Virus record (IMG/VR): IMGVR_UViG_3300017765_000044 | Span: 1-25,947 of that record | DNA from: a virus | Lineage: Duplodnaviria > Caudoviricetes | DNA length: 25,947 nt | Direction: 5' to 3' (one strand) | Shown here: positions 9,394 to 18,897 of the stretch, piece by piece | Layout of the letters: every line of letters starts with the position of its first letter | Numbering within the stretch: position 1 is the stretch's first letter | Made by a program: the position numbers and the translations under genes | Notes under the pieces: model-generated | Databases searched by the model: none | Told to the model about the DNA's origin: nothing | What the model saw: the letters and a program-made list of their open reading frames with translations, nothing else

Positions 9394-9732
9394 TTAAGCT
9401 ATAGTACAACCAGTTACAAGACCATTAAAAGCCTTATGATAAACTGCTGATTGTCCATTTGCTACGTTAGCGTCAGCGACTACTTGAAACCCCGTTGAAT
9501 GTGGGTTCGCGTTCATGATGTCAGCTAAAGCATCTAACACAGCTTTTTGATTTCCATTTGTGCAGTTAAGGGTAACTGCTTCTCTTGTTGCAGCACCTTC
9601 GATGTCTTGAAAATACAACACTACACCACCAGAAACCGGATCACATCCTAGATAGCGATCAGCTGGTAACATCATAGCTTCGTTGGTTGTCTCAACATCA
9701 GACTCTGCAAACCATAAAAAATTTTTTGCCAT
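9394..9732 (-). CDS. Small virion protein, possibly capsid decoration; paralogue of 8979-9368
   Basis: 112 aa, downstream of the capsid gene cluster; similarity as described for the neighbouring ORF. Confidence 0.7.
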   Translation of the reverse strand: MAKNFLWFAESDVETTNEAMMLPADRYLGCDPVSGGVVLYFQDIEGAATREAVTLNCTNGNQKAVLDALADIMNANPHSTGFQVVADANVANGQSAVYHKAFNGLVTGCTIA

Positions 9733-9766
9733 TTTTTAAATGTTTAATAATTAATAAATAATTGTT

Positions 9767-9808
9767 TGTGAATTAAGGATTAAGGATTTTGGATTAGGGT
9801 TTGTGCTT
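9767..9808. repeat. Degenerate 7-bp tandem array in an intergenic leader
   Basis: Plus strand reads TGTGAAT TAAGGAT TAAGGAT TTTGGAT TAGGGTT TGTGCTT. Confidence 0.6.
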
Positions 9809-9830
9809 ATTTAGTATTAAAAAGAAACGG

Positions 9831-10676
9831 TTATGATAACCGCTTCTCTATATTAGTGTATATCTCCATACCTTCATCAGTTTTAAACCAATGGGATAAT
9901 GCAGTATATGGGTGTTCATCGAACGGAACAGTCATTAACTTTCTATCGGTAGATCCCCACATAAAGTAGCGTTGATCTGAAGATAGTTTTATAATTCCTT
10001 CTTCCGTAGCTTTAATACCAAAGTTCCTAAGTTGAACATTATCATCTGTAGCTAATTCTAAGAATAGTTTAGGATTGTTTCTAGCAAATAGTAACAAATC
10101 TCTTTTAAGCTCCTTAGAACTCATCTTAGATACTTCAGATCCAACTTCAGCTCTCATAATTGCTTCAGCCATATCTATATCTAGATTTTTAGCTAAACTC
10201 AAAGCTTCAATTTCAAACTCTAACCAATCAAGTTGATTTTCAGCTATAGCTTCTGGTTGGTATTCATAAAATATTTGATCTTTATGAGGGTGATAAAGAG
10301 ATAACATTTTTTGTAATACTGTCTTTTCTTTTGGGACGAACAGAGCACCACTTCTAAATATAATATGTGATAGCCTTTGATCTCCTTTCATTTCATCAAC
10401 AAAACAAGTTTGTTGATTTTGACAATACTTTAGTTCTCTCTCGTAACCTTTCTCTTGGTCAAACCAATAAACCCCAGTTGACTTAATCATTCTAGATAAA
10501 GGTTTTCTACCACCTTTTAAGTAGTAAACTCTATCTTTAATTGTCCAGTCAGGTTTAACAGGTTGTTTTGGGATTTCCATTTTAGTTGTTTCAACAATGG
10601 GTTGTTCCATTACTTCAACCACCTCTTGTTCTACTACAGTTTCTTTTACCGTAGCTTTCGTTTGCTTTTTAGCCAT
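9831..10676 (-). CDS. Conserved phage hypothetical protein downstream of the major capsid gene
   Basis: 281-aa ORF with a low-complexity N-terminus and a globular-looking remainder; no recognisable catalytic motif. Confidence 0.75.
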   Translation of the reverse strand: MAKKQTKATVKETVVEQEVVEVMEQPIVETTKMEIPKQPVKPDWTIKDRVYYLKGGRKPLSRMIKSTGVYWFDQEKGYERELKYCQNQQTCFVDEMKGDQRLSHIIFRSGALFVPKEKTVLQKMLSLYHPHKDQIFYEYQPEAIAENQLDWLEFEIEALSLAKNLDIDMAEAIMRAEVGSEVSKMSSKELKRDLLLFARNNPKLFLELATDDNVQLRNFGIKATEEGIIKLSSDQRYFMWGSTDRKLMTVPFDEHPYTALSHWFKTDEGMEIYTNIEKRLS

Positions 10677-10696
10677 AATATAATATAATAAAAATT

Positions 10697-10730
10697 AAAA
10701 AAATAAGGTGGGGCCGAAGCCCCAACCTAT
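10697..10730 (-). terminator. Rho-independent terminator after the major capsid gene
   Basis: Minus strand AGGTTGGGGC-TTCG-GCCCCACCT (cUUCGg tetraloop, one bulge) followed by TATTTTTTT, immediately after the capsid stop codon. Confidence 0.9.
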
Positions 10731-10731
10731 A

Positions 10732-12234
10732 TTAGTTCATTAACATAAAGTTGTTAGCACCTTGAGTAACTAAACATCTCTCTGATAACATATGCACTTG
10801 CATCGCATCTAACGCTGAAGTAGCAGCTCCAACAGAACCAGTAGTCCAAGTCTTGAACTTTCTGTTATCTGTAGCAGAAGCTCTATAACGCGTATGTAAG
10901 AAAGGACGCTTCAAGTTTTTACCAAGATTTTGGTCGTAAACTGAAGATGTTCCAGCAGGAATCATAATCCCTCTAATAGCATCAGCAGCGTTAACAGCAT
11001 TAATACCACCACGAGTAGCTAAATCATTTAAGTATCTAAAGTCAGATTTGTAGAAGTCGTAAGAACCTCTTCTGAAACCAGAGAAACCTAAGTTTAAAGC
11101 CATATCTTCGTCGTTGTCGAATACTCCGTAAGAAGTACCACCAGCTCCGTAAGAATTCATAGAGGCTAACATGTCGTCAATAGCTAGAGACGAAGCTCTA
11201 TTCATGAACATCATGTACTCTTCAATAGCACCTTGCTTATCGAACTCTGCTAAAATAGCATCAAACTCAGCTAAATCAGTAGCAGCGTTAACACCTGAGA
11301 TACCAGAAGTCATATTACCTCTAGACTCTACAGCAGCAAATAAACCTTCAGTACCAGTAGCTTTAGTAGCTGCATCAGCACCTGAACCACCTAACACATA
11401 AGCTTCTTCAGTAATATCTGTTGACTTACCACCTTTTTCACCTTCTAACATAGCCATTTCTAAGTAATCAGTAAAACGTGCACGAGTATCAGCTTCAGCC
11501 TTAACATACCACAAGTAACCTGAAGCACCTTCCTCAGAAGTAACTTCAACCCAACCAACTCTAGATGTATCAGAACCTGACACTTCGTAGTAGTCTTTTA
11601 AGATAATTGGTTTGTTGTTGTAAGTTTTGAATGCAGGTTCGTTAGCACCTCTAGAATCAGCGCTTGCATCACCAGCAGCGTTAAAGTAACTAACACCTTT
11701 ACCATATTCAGAACCGTAAACTAATAATCTACTATCCTGGTTAGCAGTAGTACCAGTAAGAGCAGCAGCTCCATATATAGCAACATCAATTCTATCAGTA
11801 GCAACTTTTACTACTATACCTTTTTTGATACCGTTAGTGCTGTCAGCTATAATAACTGTGTCATTAACTCTAACACCATGGTTACCAGAAGCAACATCAG
11901 TGTTACCATCAATATCTTTAGTAATGTCAAATTGAGCAGATGAATCTAAACCACCAGCTGTAGAATGAACATGACCTTGATATGAAAGGTGTAATCTACC
12001 TTGTTCAGACCATACAACTTGATCAGCTTGCATAGCCTCTTCAGCACCTACTTTTGATAAGAAACCTGAAATAGTTCTCGGTCCGAAAACTTCAGCTTCT
12101 TTCTCCATTAGGTCTGGAATGTATTGTTGCGCCCAGTCAGTAGTACCTGACGCTAAATCTAAATAGTTTGAGGATAGTGTTTGCTGCCCAGGAGCTGGCA
12201 CAGCGTTTAAACTACCTCCTGCAGTAATTGCCAT
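10732..12234 (-). CDS. Major capsid protein
   Basis: 500 aa, Gly/Ala-rich, with strong codon bias; follows portal and scaffold and precedes a strong terminator; motifs WSEQGRLH, LEMAMLEGE, GTEGL and FYKSDFRYLND. Confidence 0.85.
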   Translation of the reverse strand: MAITAGGSLNAVPAPGQQTLSSNYLDLASGTTDWAQQYIPDLMEKEAEVFGPRTISGFLSKVGAEEAMQADQVVWSEQGRLHLSYQGHVHSTAGGLDSSAQFDITKDIDGNTDVASGNHGVRVNDTVIIADSTNGIKKGIVVKVATDRIDVAIYGAAALTGTTANQDSRLLVYGSEYGKGVSYFNAAGDASADSRGANEPAFKTYNNKPIILKDYYEVSGSDTSRVGWVEVTSEEGASGYLWYVKAEADTRARFTDYLEMAMLEGEKGGKSTDITEEAYVLGGSGADAATKATGTEGLFAAVESRGNMTSGISGVNAATDLAEFDAILAEFDKQGAIEEYMMFMNRASSLAIDDMLASMNSYGAGGTSYGVFDNDEDMALNLGFSGFRRGSYDFYKSDFRYLNDLATRGGINAVNAADAIRGIMIPAGTSSVYDQNLGKNLKRPFLHTRYRASATDNRKFKTWTTGSVGAATSALDAMQVHMLSERCLVTQGANNFMLMN

Positions 12235-12252
12235 AACGTAATTATTTTAAAG

Positions 12253-13440
12253 TTATTTATTCTTTTTGATTTTAAATTTGAAATCAGAAGAATCATTACC
12301 TAACACTCTAACAGTTGTACCACCAATAGTTTTGCTACTGTGTGTACCTCTTGGGTTGACGTTAATATTTTTATCTTTAGCTACAGATGTTTTGACTGCG
12401 TCTGCTTTTCCTTGCTCATAGAAATGTTGAGCAATAGCATCAGCATTCATTGCTGTAAATAAAGATTTGTGGTAACCTGCAGCATCACTCATCTGATTTT
12501 TGTCATCCAAAAACTTTTGGATAAAATTGTTGAGGTCGCTTTGTGTATTCTTTACGTCTCCCACGTTTTTCACATTGTAACGATAAGTCTTATCTCCAAC
12601 CTTATAGTCAAAACCTTTGAACTGGTTGTTAAATAGATTATCAGTTTTCTTTAGAAAAACATCTTTGTTAGCTTGTGTTAGTCTTTGGGTTTCTTCAGAC
12701 TCCGCACTGTATTTATTGTAGAACTCTATAGCTTCTTGTTGCTCACCTGTAAGTTTGCTACCTGCTTTAATGTCCTGGTAATATTTAGACTTTTGCCCGT
12801 CCAAGTAGGCTTTCGCTTCAGCAACTTGCTCTTTTAAAGCGATTTTCTTTGATCTTATTGTACGCTCATCATCTACGTCTTCATCAAACCCAAAACGATC
12901 TTCTAGTAAGAAGTTTCTTTCTGATGCTGATAAGTGAGATTTTGTTGAGCGATAGTATTCATCTAAAACCTCAGAGTCATCTAGTTTGTCTAGATCTCTA
13001 TTTAAGGTTACGTAATCGTTTATATCTCCTCCAGTATCATCCATAAAGTCAACCAACTTCTGAATATTCTCTGGTAGAGGTTTACCAGTTTCTACAGCTT
13101 CAACTATTGCTTCAGCCACTTGCTCTTCTACTTGTTGAACTTGTTTTTCAACAGCTTCAACTTCTACTACCTCTTCTAATACTGGTGCTTCTGTTTCTTG
13201 TACTTCTCCTTGCGGTTGTACTTCTTCTTGTTCTTGTGGGGCATCGGGTGTTTCATCGCGTCCCACCATTCCTGCTGTGTCAGCTTCTGCTTCTGTAGTT
13301 TCATCTGGTATCTGTATTTTGTCTAGGTCTATCTTAACCACACTGTCATCACCTTCGCTCATAAACGTTGGTTCGCTTTTAGTGTTTTCAATTGGTTGTT
13401 CTGTAACCTCTTCAGTTACGTTTTCTATTTCTTCTGCCAT
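12253..13440 (-). CDS. Capsid scaffolding/assembly protein
   Basis: 395 aa with a very acidic low-complexity N-terminus, a helical middle and a basic C-terminal tip (FKFKIKKNK); lies between portal and capsid genes. Confidence 0.7.
   Translation of the reverse strand: MAEEIENVTEEVTEQPIENTKSEPTFMSEGDDSVVKIDLDKIQIPDETTEAEADTAGMVGRDETPDAPQEQEEVQPQGEVQETEAPVLEEVVEVEAVEKQVQQVEEQVAEAIVEAVETGKPLPENIQKLVDFMDDTGGDINDYVTLNRDLDKLDDSEVLDEYYRSTKSHLSASERNFLLEDRFGFDEDVDDERTIRSKKIALKEQVAEAKAYLDGQKSKYYQDIKAGSKLTGEQQEAIEFYNKYSAESEETQRLTQANKDVFLKKTDNLFNNQFKGFDYKVGDKTYRYNVKNVGDVKNTQSDLNNFIQKFLDDKNQMSDAAGYHKSLFTAMNADAIAQHFYEQGKADAVKTSVAKDKNINVNPRGTHSSKTIGGTTVRVLGNDSSDFKFKIKKNK
13176..13304 (-). CDS. Candidate overprinted 42-aa basic peptide in the +1 frame of the scaffold gene (MKLQKQKLTQQEWWDAMKHPMPHKNKKKYNRKEKYKKQKHQY), ArfA-like motif
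   Basis: Hand-translated. ATG at 13304, TAG at 13176-13178, A-rich upstream sequence, locally GC-rich codons; the HKNKKKYNRKEK motif resembles ArfA EKNKKGKGSYMRKGKH. Confidence 0.5.
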   Translation of the reverse strand: MKLQKQKLTQQEWWDAMKHPMPHKNKKKYNRKEKYKKQKHQY

Positions 13441-13461
13441 AATAAAATATTATATAATTAA

Positions 13462-15855
13462 TTATCTTGGATTAAACCTCTCTAAACCAAGGCCCCCTCC
13501 GACTATATCATTACCTGATGATTCAAATCTTTTAAGTGATTCACCCTTATTTTTTGCTTCAGCTTTAATTTTTTCACGTTGATCTAACCTATCATCTTTA
13601 CGCGAGTCTCTTCTATCTATGGTTTCGTTATCCATAGTATTAAGCTTCATGTTAATAAACATTTCATGGTTCATTAACTCCTTCTTAACGTTAGCTTCCT
13701 CTCTTAAGTAAGCCATCTTCATGTCATTTTTAGCTTGCTCTAACTGTTGATCAATCTGAGCTTTCTGTTGCGCTTTTTGCATTTCAGCTTGAGCAGCAGC
13801 TTGTTGAGCTTGTTGATTAGCCTGTGATTGAGCTTGAATATTCTCTTGCTGCATCCTCTGATCTCTCTCAAGTTTCTTTTTACGTTTTATCTTAAGAAGT
13901 TGATTAGCTAATTTAACATTTCTAATATCTCTAAGATCTATAGCATCGTCAAGATCTATCAACTTTTGAGCCAAAGCTTGCTGTATATTATTTTCAAGTA
14001 TTTGTTTTTCTTCATCATCTGGCATTAACTCTATAAATATACCAAAGTCATATAAGTGTAACTCTGCCATTTCCTCTAACGTGGCAACGTTATGAGCACC
14101 AATAGCCTGTATAAAAGCTTCTCTAGTTGGAGAGTACTCTATTATATCTGATATTCTAAGCGATAAAGCTTCAGCGTTTTCAGTAGCTAACAACAACATA
14201 GATTGAAGTATATGTCTAGTTGCAGTGTTAGAATTTGCAGCAGCTAATTTTTGTATACCAACCAAAGCATTTTTGTCTGGTGTTGAAGCGTCTCTAGATT
14301 CATTTAACCCGGTGACATCACGTATCATCTGTAGATAATAATTATAAGTCTGGATTAAACTCTGTAGTTTATTACCACCTGCTCCGTTTTGTATTTGCTG
14401 AATAGGTATTTTACCAGGATTCTGATCTCCTTCAGAAGTGAACGATCTACCTATAACCGAACCAGTTTGGAAGAACATGTTTAAAGCCTCTTGCGGTGAA
14501 TAATTAGTTCCATTGCCAAGATCAATCTCTGCCAAACCGTCAGCGTCCATATAAACACCATCAGGCACCATACGTGATAGTACTTGCTGTAGTTTTAGGT
14601 GTGTTAACTGAATCATATCAGCAAAACCAGTTATTCTACTAACTATAGATTCTATTTTACCCTTGTACATTCTAGGTGCTACAATGCTATAATTAGTTCT
14701 AACCTTAGAAAAGTTTGATTTGGTCCTTAGCATATTCTGAGCCATTTCCCATTTAAGTAATCTATCAGTACCAAGGATCAACACTCCTTCGTACAAGCAT
14801 TCAACTACTCTTTCCAACTTAGAGAAGTTCCCCTCCATGTCAGCCGGTGGATTAAAGGTATCGTCTTTCTCTATAACTCTCTCAGCACCGCTACCAGTTT
14901 CTTTTACTTTGTAAGTATTATTCTTATGTGTTTTAAAGTTGAAATATAACACGTCAACTTTATTATTATCTTTACTGTTATAGTTTCTATTATGACCTTG
15001 ATAACTTCTCATAGAGCTTCTTGGCCCACTAACAATATCCTTAATATCAGATTCAGTTAACTCAGGGAATTGTTTTACTAACTCGTTTAAAGGTATCTCT
15101 TTAACTTCACCAACGTAATATATATCATCAAAGTAAGGTGATTCAGTGTAAGAATAAACTAGATTAGCTGGATCAACATATTCGACTTTAGCACCTTCAC
15201 TCCAATCGAATGTTGTTTTAGTAGCACCAATACCTATAGTAGTTAAATCATATAAAGCTCTTCTTTTAATTAGATCAAATCTACTACCATCTAACAAAAC
15301 ATTTATAGCTTGTTCTTCAGCTAACTCAACAGCTTGTTTATAATCTAACTGCATGTGCAACGCTAACTCTTCTTCTGTATCAGGTAGTTTTTCTGGATCA
15401 TTCTCGTATAGATCCATATTTAAACCTTGCTTAGCGGCATCATTAAATTCTTTAGCTCTAATGTCCCTAAGCATAGATTCCATATACTCAGTCCTCTTAC
15501 TTACACCATATGAATCTTGAGAATAAGCTTTGACTTCGTAAGCTCTTTGAGCCATACCGTTAACAACTATGTCAACAAACTTAGGTACAATTGGTACAGG
15601 TTTCCAATCTAGATTTAAGTAGCTTAAGTCACCATTTATAGATAACTCGTCTTTGTATTTTTGTATAGGTTGTTCTCCTCTAGCGTACAACCTTAAGCTA
15701 TGAAAGTTACTTTGTTGTTTATGGTATCTATGATTGTTACCAGAAAACCACTCGTGCTCTATAGCTCTAGCTACTTTCAATCCATATTCCTTAGTCATCT
15801 TTTCTAGATCACTAACTGCTTGTGAAGGAAAATTACTTATCGCAGACTCTGCCAT
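13462..15855 (-). CDS. Portal protein
   Basis: 797 aa directly after TerL; motifs PIVPKFVDIVVNG, EYVDPANLVYS and IRDVTGLNESRD; Gln-rich coiled-coil C-terminal barrel typical of podophage portals. Confidence 0.85.
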   Translation of the reverse strand: MAESAISNFPSQAVSDLEKMTKEYGLKVARAIEHEWFSGNNHRYHKQQSNFHSLRLYARGEQPIQKYKDELSINGDLSYLNLDWKPVPIVPKFVDIVVNGMAQRAYEVKAYSQDSYGVSKRTEYMESMLRDIRAKEFNDAAKQGLNMDLYENDPEKLPDTEEELALHMQLDYKQAVELAEEQAINVLLDGSRFDLIKRRALYDLTTIGIGATKTTFDWSEGAKVEYVDPANLVYSYTESPYFDDIYYVGEVKEIPLNELVKQFPELTESDIKDIVSGPRSSMRSYQGHNRNYNSKDNNKVDVLYFNFKTHKNNTYKVKETGSGAERVIEKDDTFNPPADMEGNFSKLERVVECLYEGVLILGTDRLLKWEMAQNMLRTKSNFSKVRTNYSIVAPRMYKGKIESIVSRITGFADMIQLTHLKLQQVLSRMVPDGVYMDADGLAEIDLGNGTNYSPQEALNMFFQTGSVIGRSFTSEGDQNPGKIPIQQIQNGAGGNKLQSLIQTYNYYLQMIRDVTGLNESRDASTPDKNALVGIQKLAAANSNTATRHILQSMLLLATENAEALSLRISDIIEYSPTREAFIQAIGAHNVATLEEMAELHLYDFGIFIELMPDDEEKQILENNIQQALAQKLIDLDDAIDLRDIRNVKLANQLLKIKRKKKLERDQRMQQENIQAQSQANQQAQQAAAQAEMQKAQQKAQIDQQLEQAKNDMKMAYLREEANVKKELMNHEMFINMKLNTMDNETIDRRDSRKDDRLDQREKIKAEAKNKGESLKRFESSGNDIVGGGLGLERFNPR

Positions 15856-15858
15856 AAT

Positions 15859-18087
15859 TTACTTTTTTATTATTGTTGAATTAAAACCTGTATTTTTATA
15901 TTTGGATATTGTAAGGTTAACTGGTTGTTTTTTATGCTCTGGATTTGGTCTATATAAATGTCTATTGCAAGCCATGATAGCTAAACCGGTGCTGATAGAG
16001 GCATCATGCTTTGTTCTCTTTGTTATGTCAAATCTACTCCAATCGTTTAACGTCTCGTTAAAATACATAGTACCATAAGTACCGTCTTGAAGCAAACCAA
16101 CATGGTCGTTAATGTACATTTCAATCGCAGCAGCGTGAGCTTGTTTTATATCCTCGCTAGAGTTTGGTATACCACCTACTTCTCTTTCAGCCACAGATAA
16201 TTTATTCCAAACCTTGTCAGGCCTGTTCATACTAAAACCTCTATAACCTCTTCGCCGTAAATAATACAATAGACGAGGTTTATTATTCTCCGCGAGTATA
16301 GGCATCCCGTAGAATACTAATGCCATTAGAACATCCTCAAAGAATATCTCCGCAGTTTGTGGTCTAGCTATATACTCTAAGAAAAATGTATTAGCTGGAG
16401 CATCTTCCATACTAAACTTGCTTAGTCCATGTAATGCTCCTTTAGATCCTTTACCGTCCACAGTACCTGATATGTCGTAACTGTCACATCCAAAAGCTCC
16501 CATGTGCTCGTTTCCTGGATACTTAATACCATTCTTTATTATTACATTATTTTGTAAATTCCTACCAGGTACCCAACTAACTTTAAACCTGCCGTTTGGA
16601 TCTGGATTGAAAACTATCTGTGTGTCTTTAACTCCATTGACCCACTGAAAGTTACCAGTAGTTAATACTGAGGAATTTCTATTACCCTCGTTGTAATCAA
16701 TTTGTTCGTATATCTTGACGAGATTAAATAAAGAATTTTTCGTTTCATCTCTAAACGCGTGTTCTTCTGATCTTGGAAACTGTCTATAAAACTCATTTAA
16801 AGCGTCTTGATCTCCTTTTAATCCATCAACTTCATTCTCCCAGTAATCAACTACGCCTATATCTATTAATTCACCATGAGGTCCTCGCCTGTCATCAGTT
16901 GGTGTATCAAATACTGGAATTCCGAACTCATCAATAAATCCTTCATAGTTCCACTCCATTGGGATAAAAAGAGAATATAAACCAGATTTTGTCTGGCCAT
17001 TTCTATTTCTTCTTGATACATCTGAGTCATAAAACAATTTTTTAAAATTATCACCACCTTTATCTAAAGCGTTAGACGTTGAACCCATCATGCATTTACC
17101 TACTATTCTACCACCTAATCTTAAACAAGTTTTGGTAACTCTCCAGTTATTGAGGATGTTATCTGGTCTCTCCCATTTACCACTCTCATCATGAACTAGT
17201 AGAGAAAGTTTCTCACCATCATAACTGTTATCACCAGTATTCTTCCAGTCAATAGTAGTGTCAAGACCTTGCATGTCATCTTGCTCCTCATGCACTCCCA
17301 TTTTTCTACGGGTAAACTTCTTAGCTGGTACACGGTAAGCTAGCTCTGACTTTGGGCGATCCATACCATCTTGTATAGGTTTAAAGAAAAACGGATAGTT
17401 AATACTTATAGGTACTATCTTATCCGTAAACATTTTCTTAGCATCCGCCCCACTTTTAGATAACACTCCAAATCTACTATCACCTGCGAGAGTGGCTAAG
17501 TTAACGGTTTCAGCTGAACTCATAAACGAGAAACCAGAACGTCTGTTTTTAAGATAACACATCCCGTAGCATCTTTGATCAGCTTTACACGCTTCCCAAA
17601 ATATAAAAAATAATCTATTTGCTTCTCTAAAATCTGGGGCACCAACATCAATCTTACTCCATTGCAAATACATGTAGTAACTGCCAGGTACGTATGTTGG
17701 AGTGCCGTTATTCATAAACCAAAAACCGTTCTCTCTCCTGTCGAATTCTTGATCTATATAACCATAGTGGGATTGTTTAAATTCCTCGGGATAATCAACC
17801 CAATCAAACCTAGTTTTAATCTTTTTAAAAACCTCGGGTGTTTCAAACTTTCTCCACTTCTGCTCACTCTTCTTCTTAGAGCAACTAAATACATCTTTAG
17901 GTACTTTAGGTAAAGCTATCTTTAAACCTTGTATATCTAATATCTCACCTATCTGACCAGACTTAGATATAACAATTACATCTCCCTCTTTATCATAACC
18001 ATACTTCCACTTCTTACCTTTATTAAGTCTATTAATAGTGGTTAGTTTAACAGGTTCAATTATCCTATATAATGATTGCTCGTACAT
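15859..18087 (-). CDS. terL: Terminase large subunit
   Basis: 742 aa; Walker A-like LKNRRSGFS, Walker B LLVHDESGKW, coupling motif GSTS, nuclease motifs FGCDSYD, LAENN and HDASI. Confidence 0.92.
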   Translation of the reverse strand: MYEQSLYRIIEPVKLTTINRLNKGKKWKYGYDKEGDVIVISKSGQIGEILDIQGLKIALPKVPKDVFSCSKKKSEQKWRKFETPEVFKKIKTRFDWVDYPEEFKQSHYGYIDQEFDRRENGFWFMNNGTPTYVPGSYYMYLQWSKIDVGAPDFREANRLFFIFWEACKADQRCYGMCYLKNRRSGFSFMSSAETVNLATLAGDSRFGVLSKSGADAKKMFTDKIVPISINYPFFFKPIQDGMDRPKSELAYRVPAKKFTRRKMGVHEEQDDMQGLDTTIDWKNTGDNSYDGEKLSLLVHDESGKWERPDNILNNWRVTKTCLRLGGRIVGKCMMGSTSNALDKGGDNFKKLFYDSDVSRRNRNGQTKSGLYSLFIPMEWNYEGFIDEFGIPVFDTPTDDRRGPHGELIDIGVVDYWENEVDGLKGDQDALNEFYRQFPRSEEHAFRDETKNSLFNLVKIYEQIDYNEGNRNSSVLTTGNFQWVNGVKDTQIVFNPDPNGRFKVSWVPGRNLQNNVIIKNGIKYPGNEHMGAFGCDSYDISGTVDGKGSKGALHGLSKFSMEDAPANTFFLEYIARPQTAEIFFEDVLMALVFYGMPILAENNKPRLLYYLRRRGYRGFSMNRPDKVWNKLSVAEREVGGIPNSSEDIKQAHAAAIEMYINDHVGLLQDGTYGTMYFNETLNDWSRFDITKRTKHDASISTGLAIMACNRHLYRPNPEHKKQPVNLTISKYKNTGFNSTIIKK

Positions 18088-18368
18088 TACTTACTCCTTC
18101 CTTCAGCAAATCCCTGAAACTTAGGTTTACTATCTTTAGGTTTGTCTAAATCATTTAGTACTCTCTCTTCTTCTTCTATCCTAGTTAAAATCTCGAAAGC
18201 ATCAAATATAGCTAACTTCTTAGTAGCAGCAGCATTCTTTAATCTATCAGCAGATATATCATCGTCGGAGTCTACTATAGGTTCTTTAGCTACTTTAATT
18301 AACTCTTCTACTGCTCTCCGCCCAGCTTGGATTATACTCTTCTTCGTCTCCTTGGTATTCATATTCAA
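18087..18368 (-). CDS. Putative terminase small subunit
   Basis: 93-aa helical protein immediately upstream of terL and coupled to it by a TAATG overlap; function inferred from position only. Confidence 0.5.
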   Translation of the reverse strand: MNMNTKETKKSIIQAGRRAVEELIKVAKEPIVDSDDDISADRLKNAAATKKLAIFDAFEILTRIEEEERVLNDLDKPKDSKPKFQGFAEGRSK

Positions 18369-18897
18369 TTGTAATAAAATTATTCATAACTCTATATAAT
18401 CTCTCTCCATCCACGATAAATTCAAATTCGCTACTTGGTCTAAATCCAACTAGCTGAGTCGGAAGAAAACTCCCATCAGAGTATTTTACTACTCCAACGA
18501 GAGGTCTTTCCGGTGTGAGACTATATTTATCTTGAGATTTTATGGGCTTAACGAATGTATACCCAGGCATAGCGTTCCAGTTACCATCATTTTTACACAT
18601 GAATATTTGATCTTGAGATACTAAGTATTCGTCTTCATTTAAGAAGCTTCTACTATTTTTCTCACGACCTTTAACATCATGCCATCTTCTAAAAACATTA
18701 TGATGTACTATAACTTCGCTACCCTCGACTAAACCCATAGGATTGTATATGGGCGTAGAATTTATAATACCAACTCTATTGATATACTGGTGGTTAAATA
18801 TCTCAGTATTCAATATAAGGTCTACGTCACCTATTTTTGTAGAGTTGTTGTATCTATCACCACTAGGTTTAACTATAAAATCAGATACAGGTCTCAT
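18295..18897 (-). CDS. Tandem (two-domain) GroES-like co-chaperonin
   Basis: 200 aa with two GroES-patterned halves: MRPVSDFIVKP...LIL...VGII...EGSEVIV...EDEYLVSQDQIF and AMPGYTFVKP...GVVKY...LVGF...EFEFIVDGERLYRVMNNFI. Confidence 0.6.
   Translation of the reverse strand: MRPVSDFIVKPSGDRYNNSTKIGDVDLILNTEIFNHQYINRVGIINSTPIYNPMGLVEGSEVIVHHNVFRRWHDVKGREKNSRSFLNEDEYLVSQDQIFMCKNDGNWNAMPGYTFVKPIKSQDKYSLTPERPLVGVVKYSDGSFLPTQLVGFRPSSEFEFIVDGERLYRVMNNFITIEYEYQGDEEEYNPSWAESSRRVN

Noticed and set aside
16866-17057. 63-aa same-strand ORF nested in terL (possible spanin or overprinted gene)
   Set aside because: No lipobox or clear TM segment; it overlaps a strongly constrained terminase region, which can leave an alternative frame open by chance
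15859-18087. Intron or intein in terL
   Set aside because: The ORF is continuous, ATPase and nuclease motifs are normally spaced, and no intein splice motifs or homing endonuclease signature were seen
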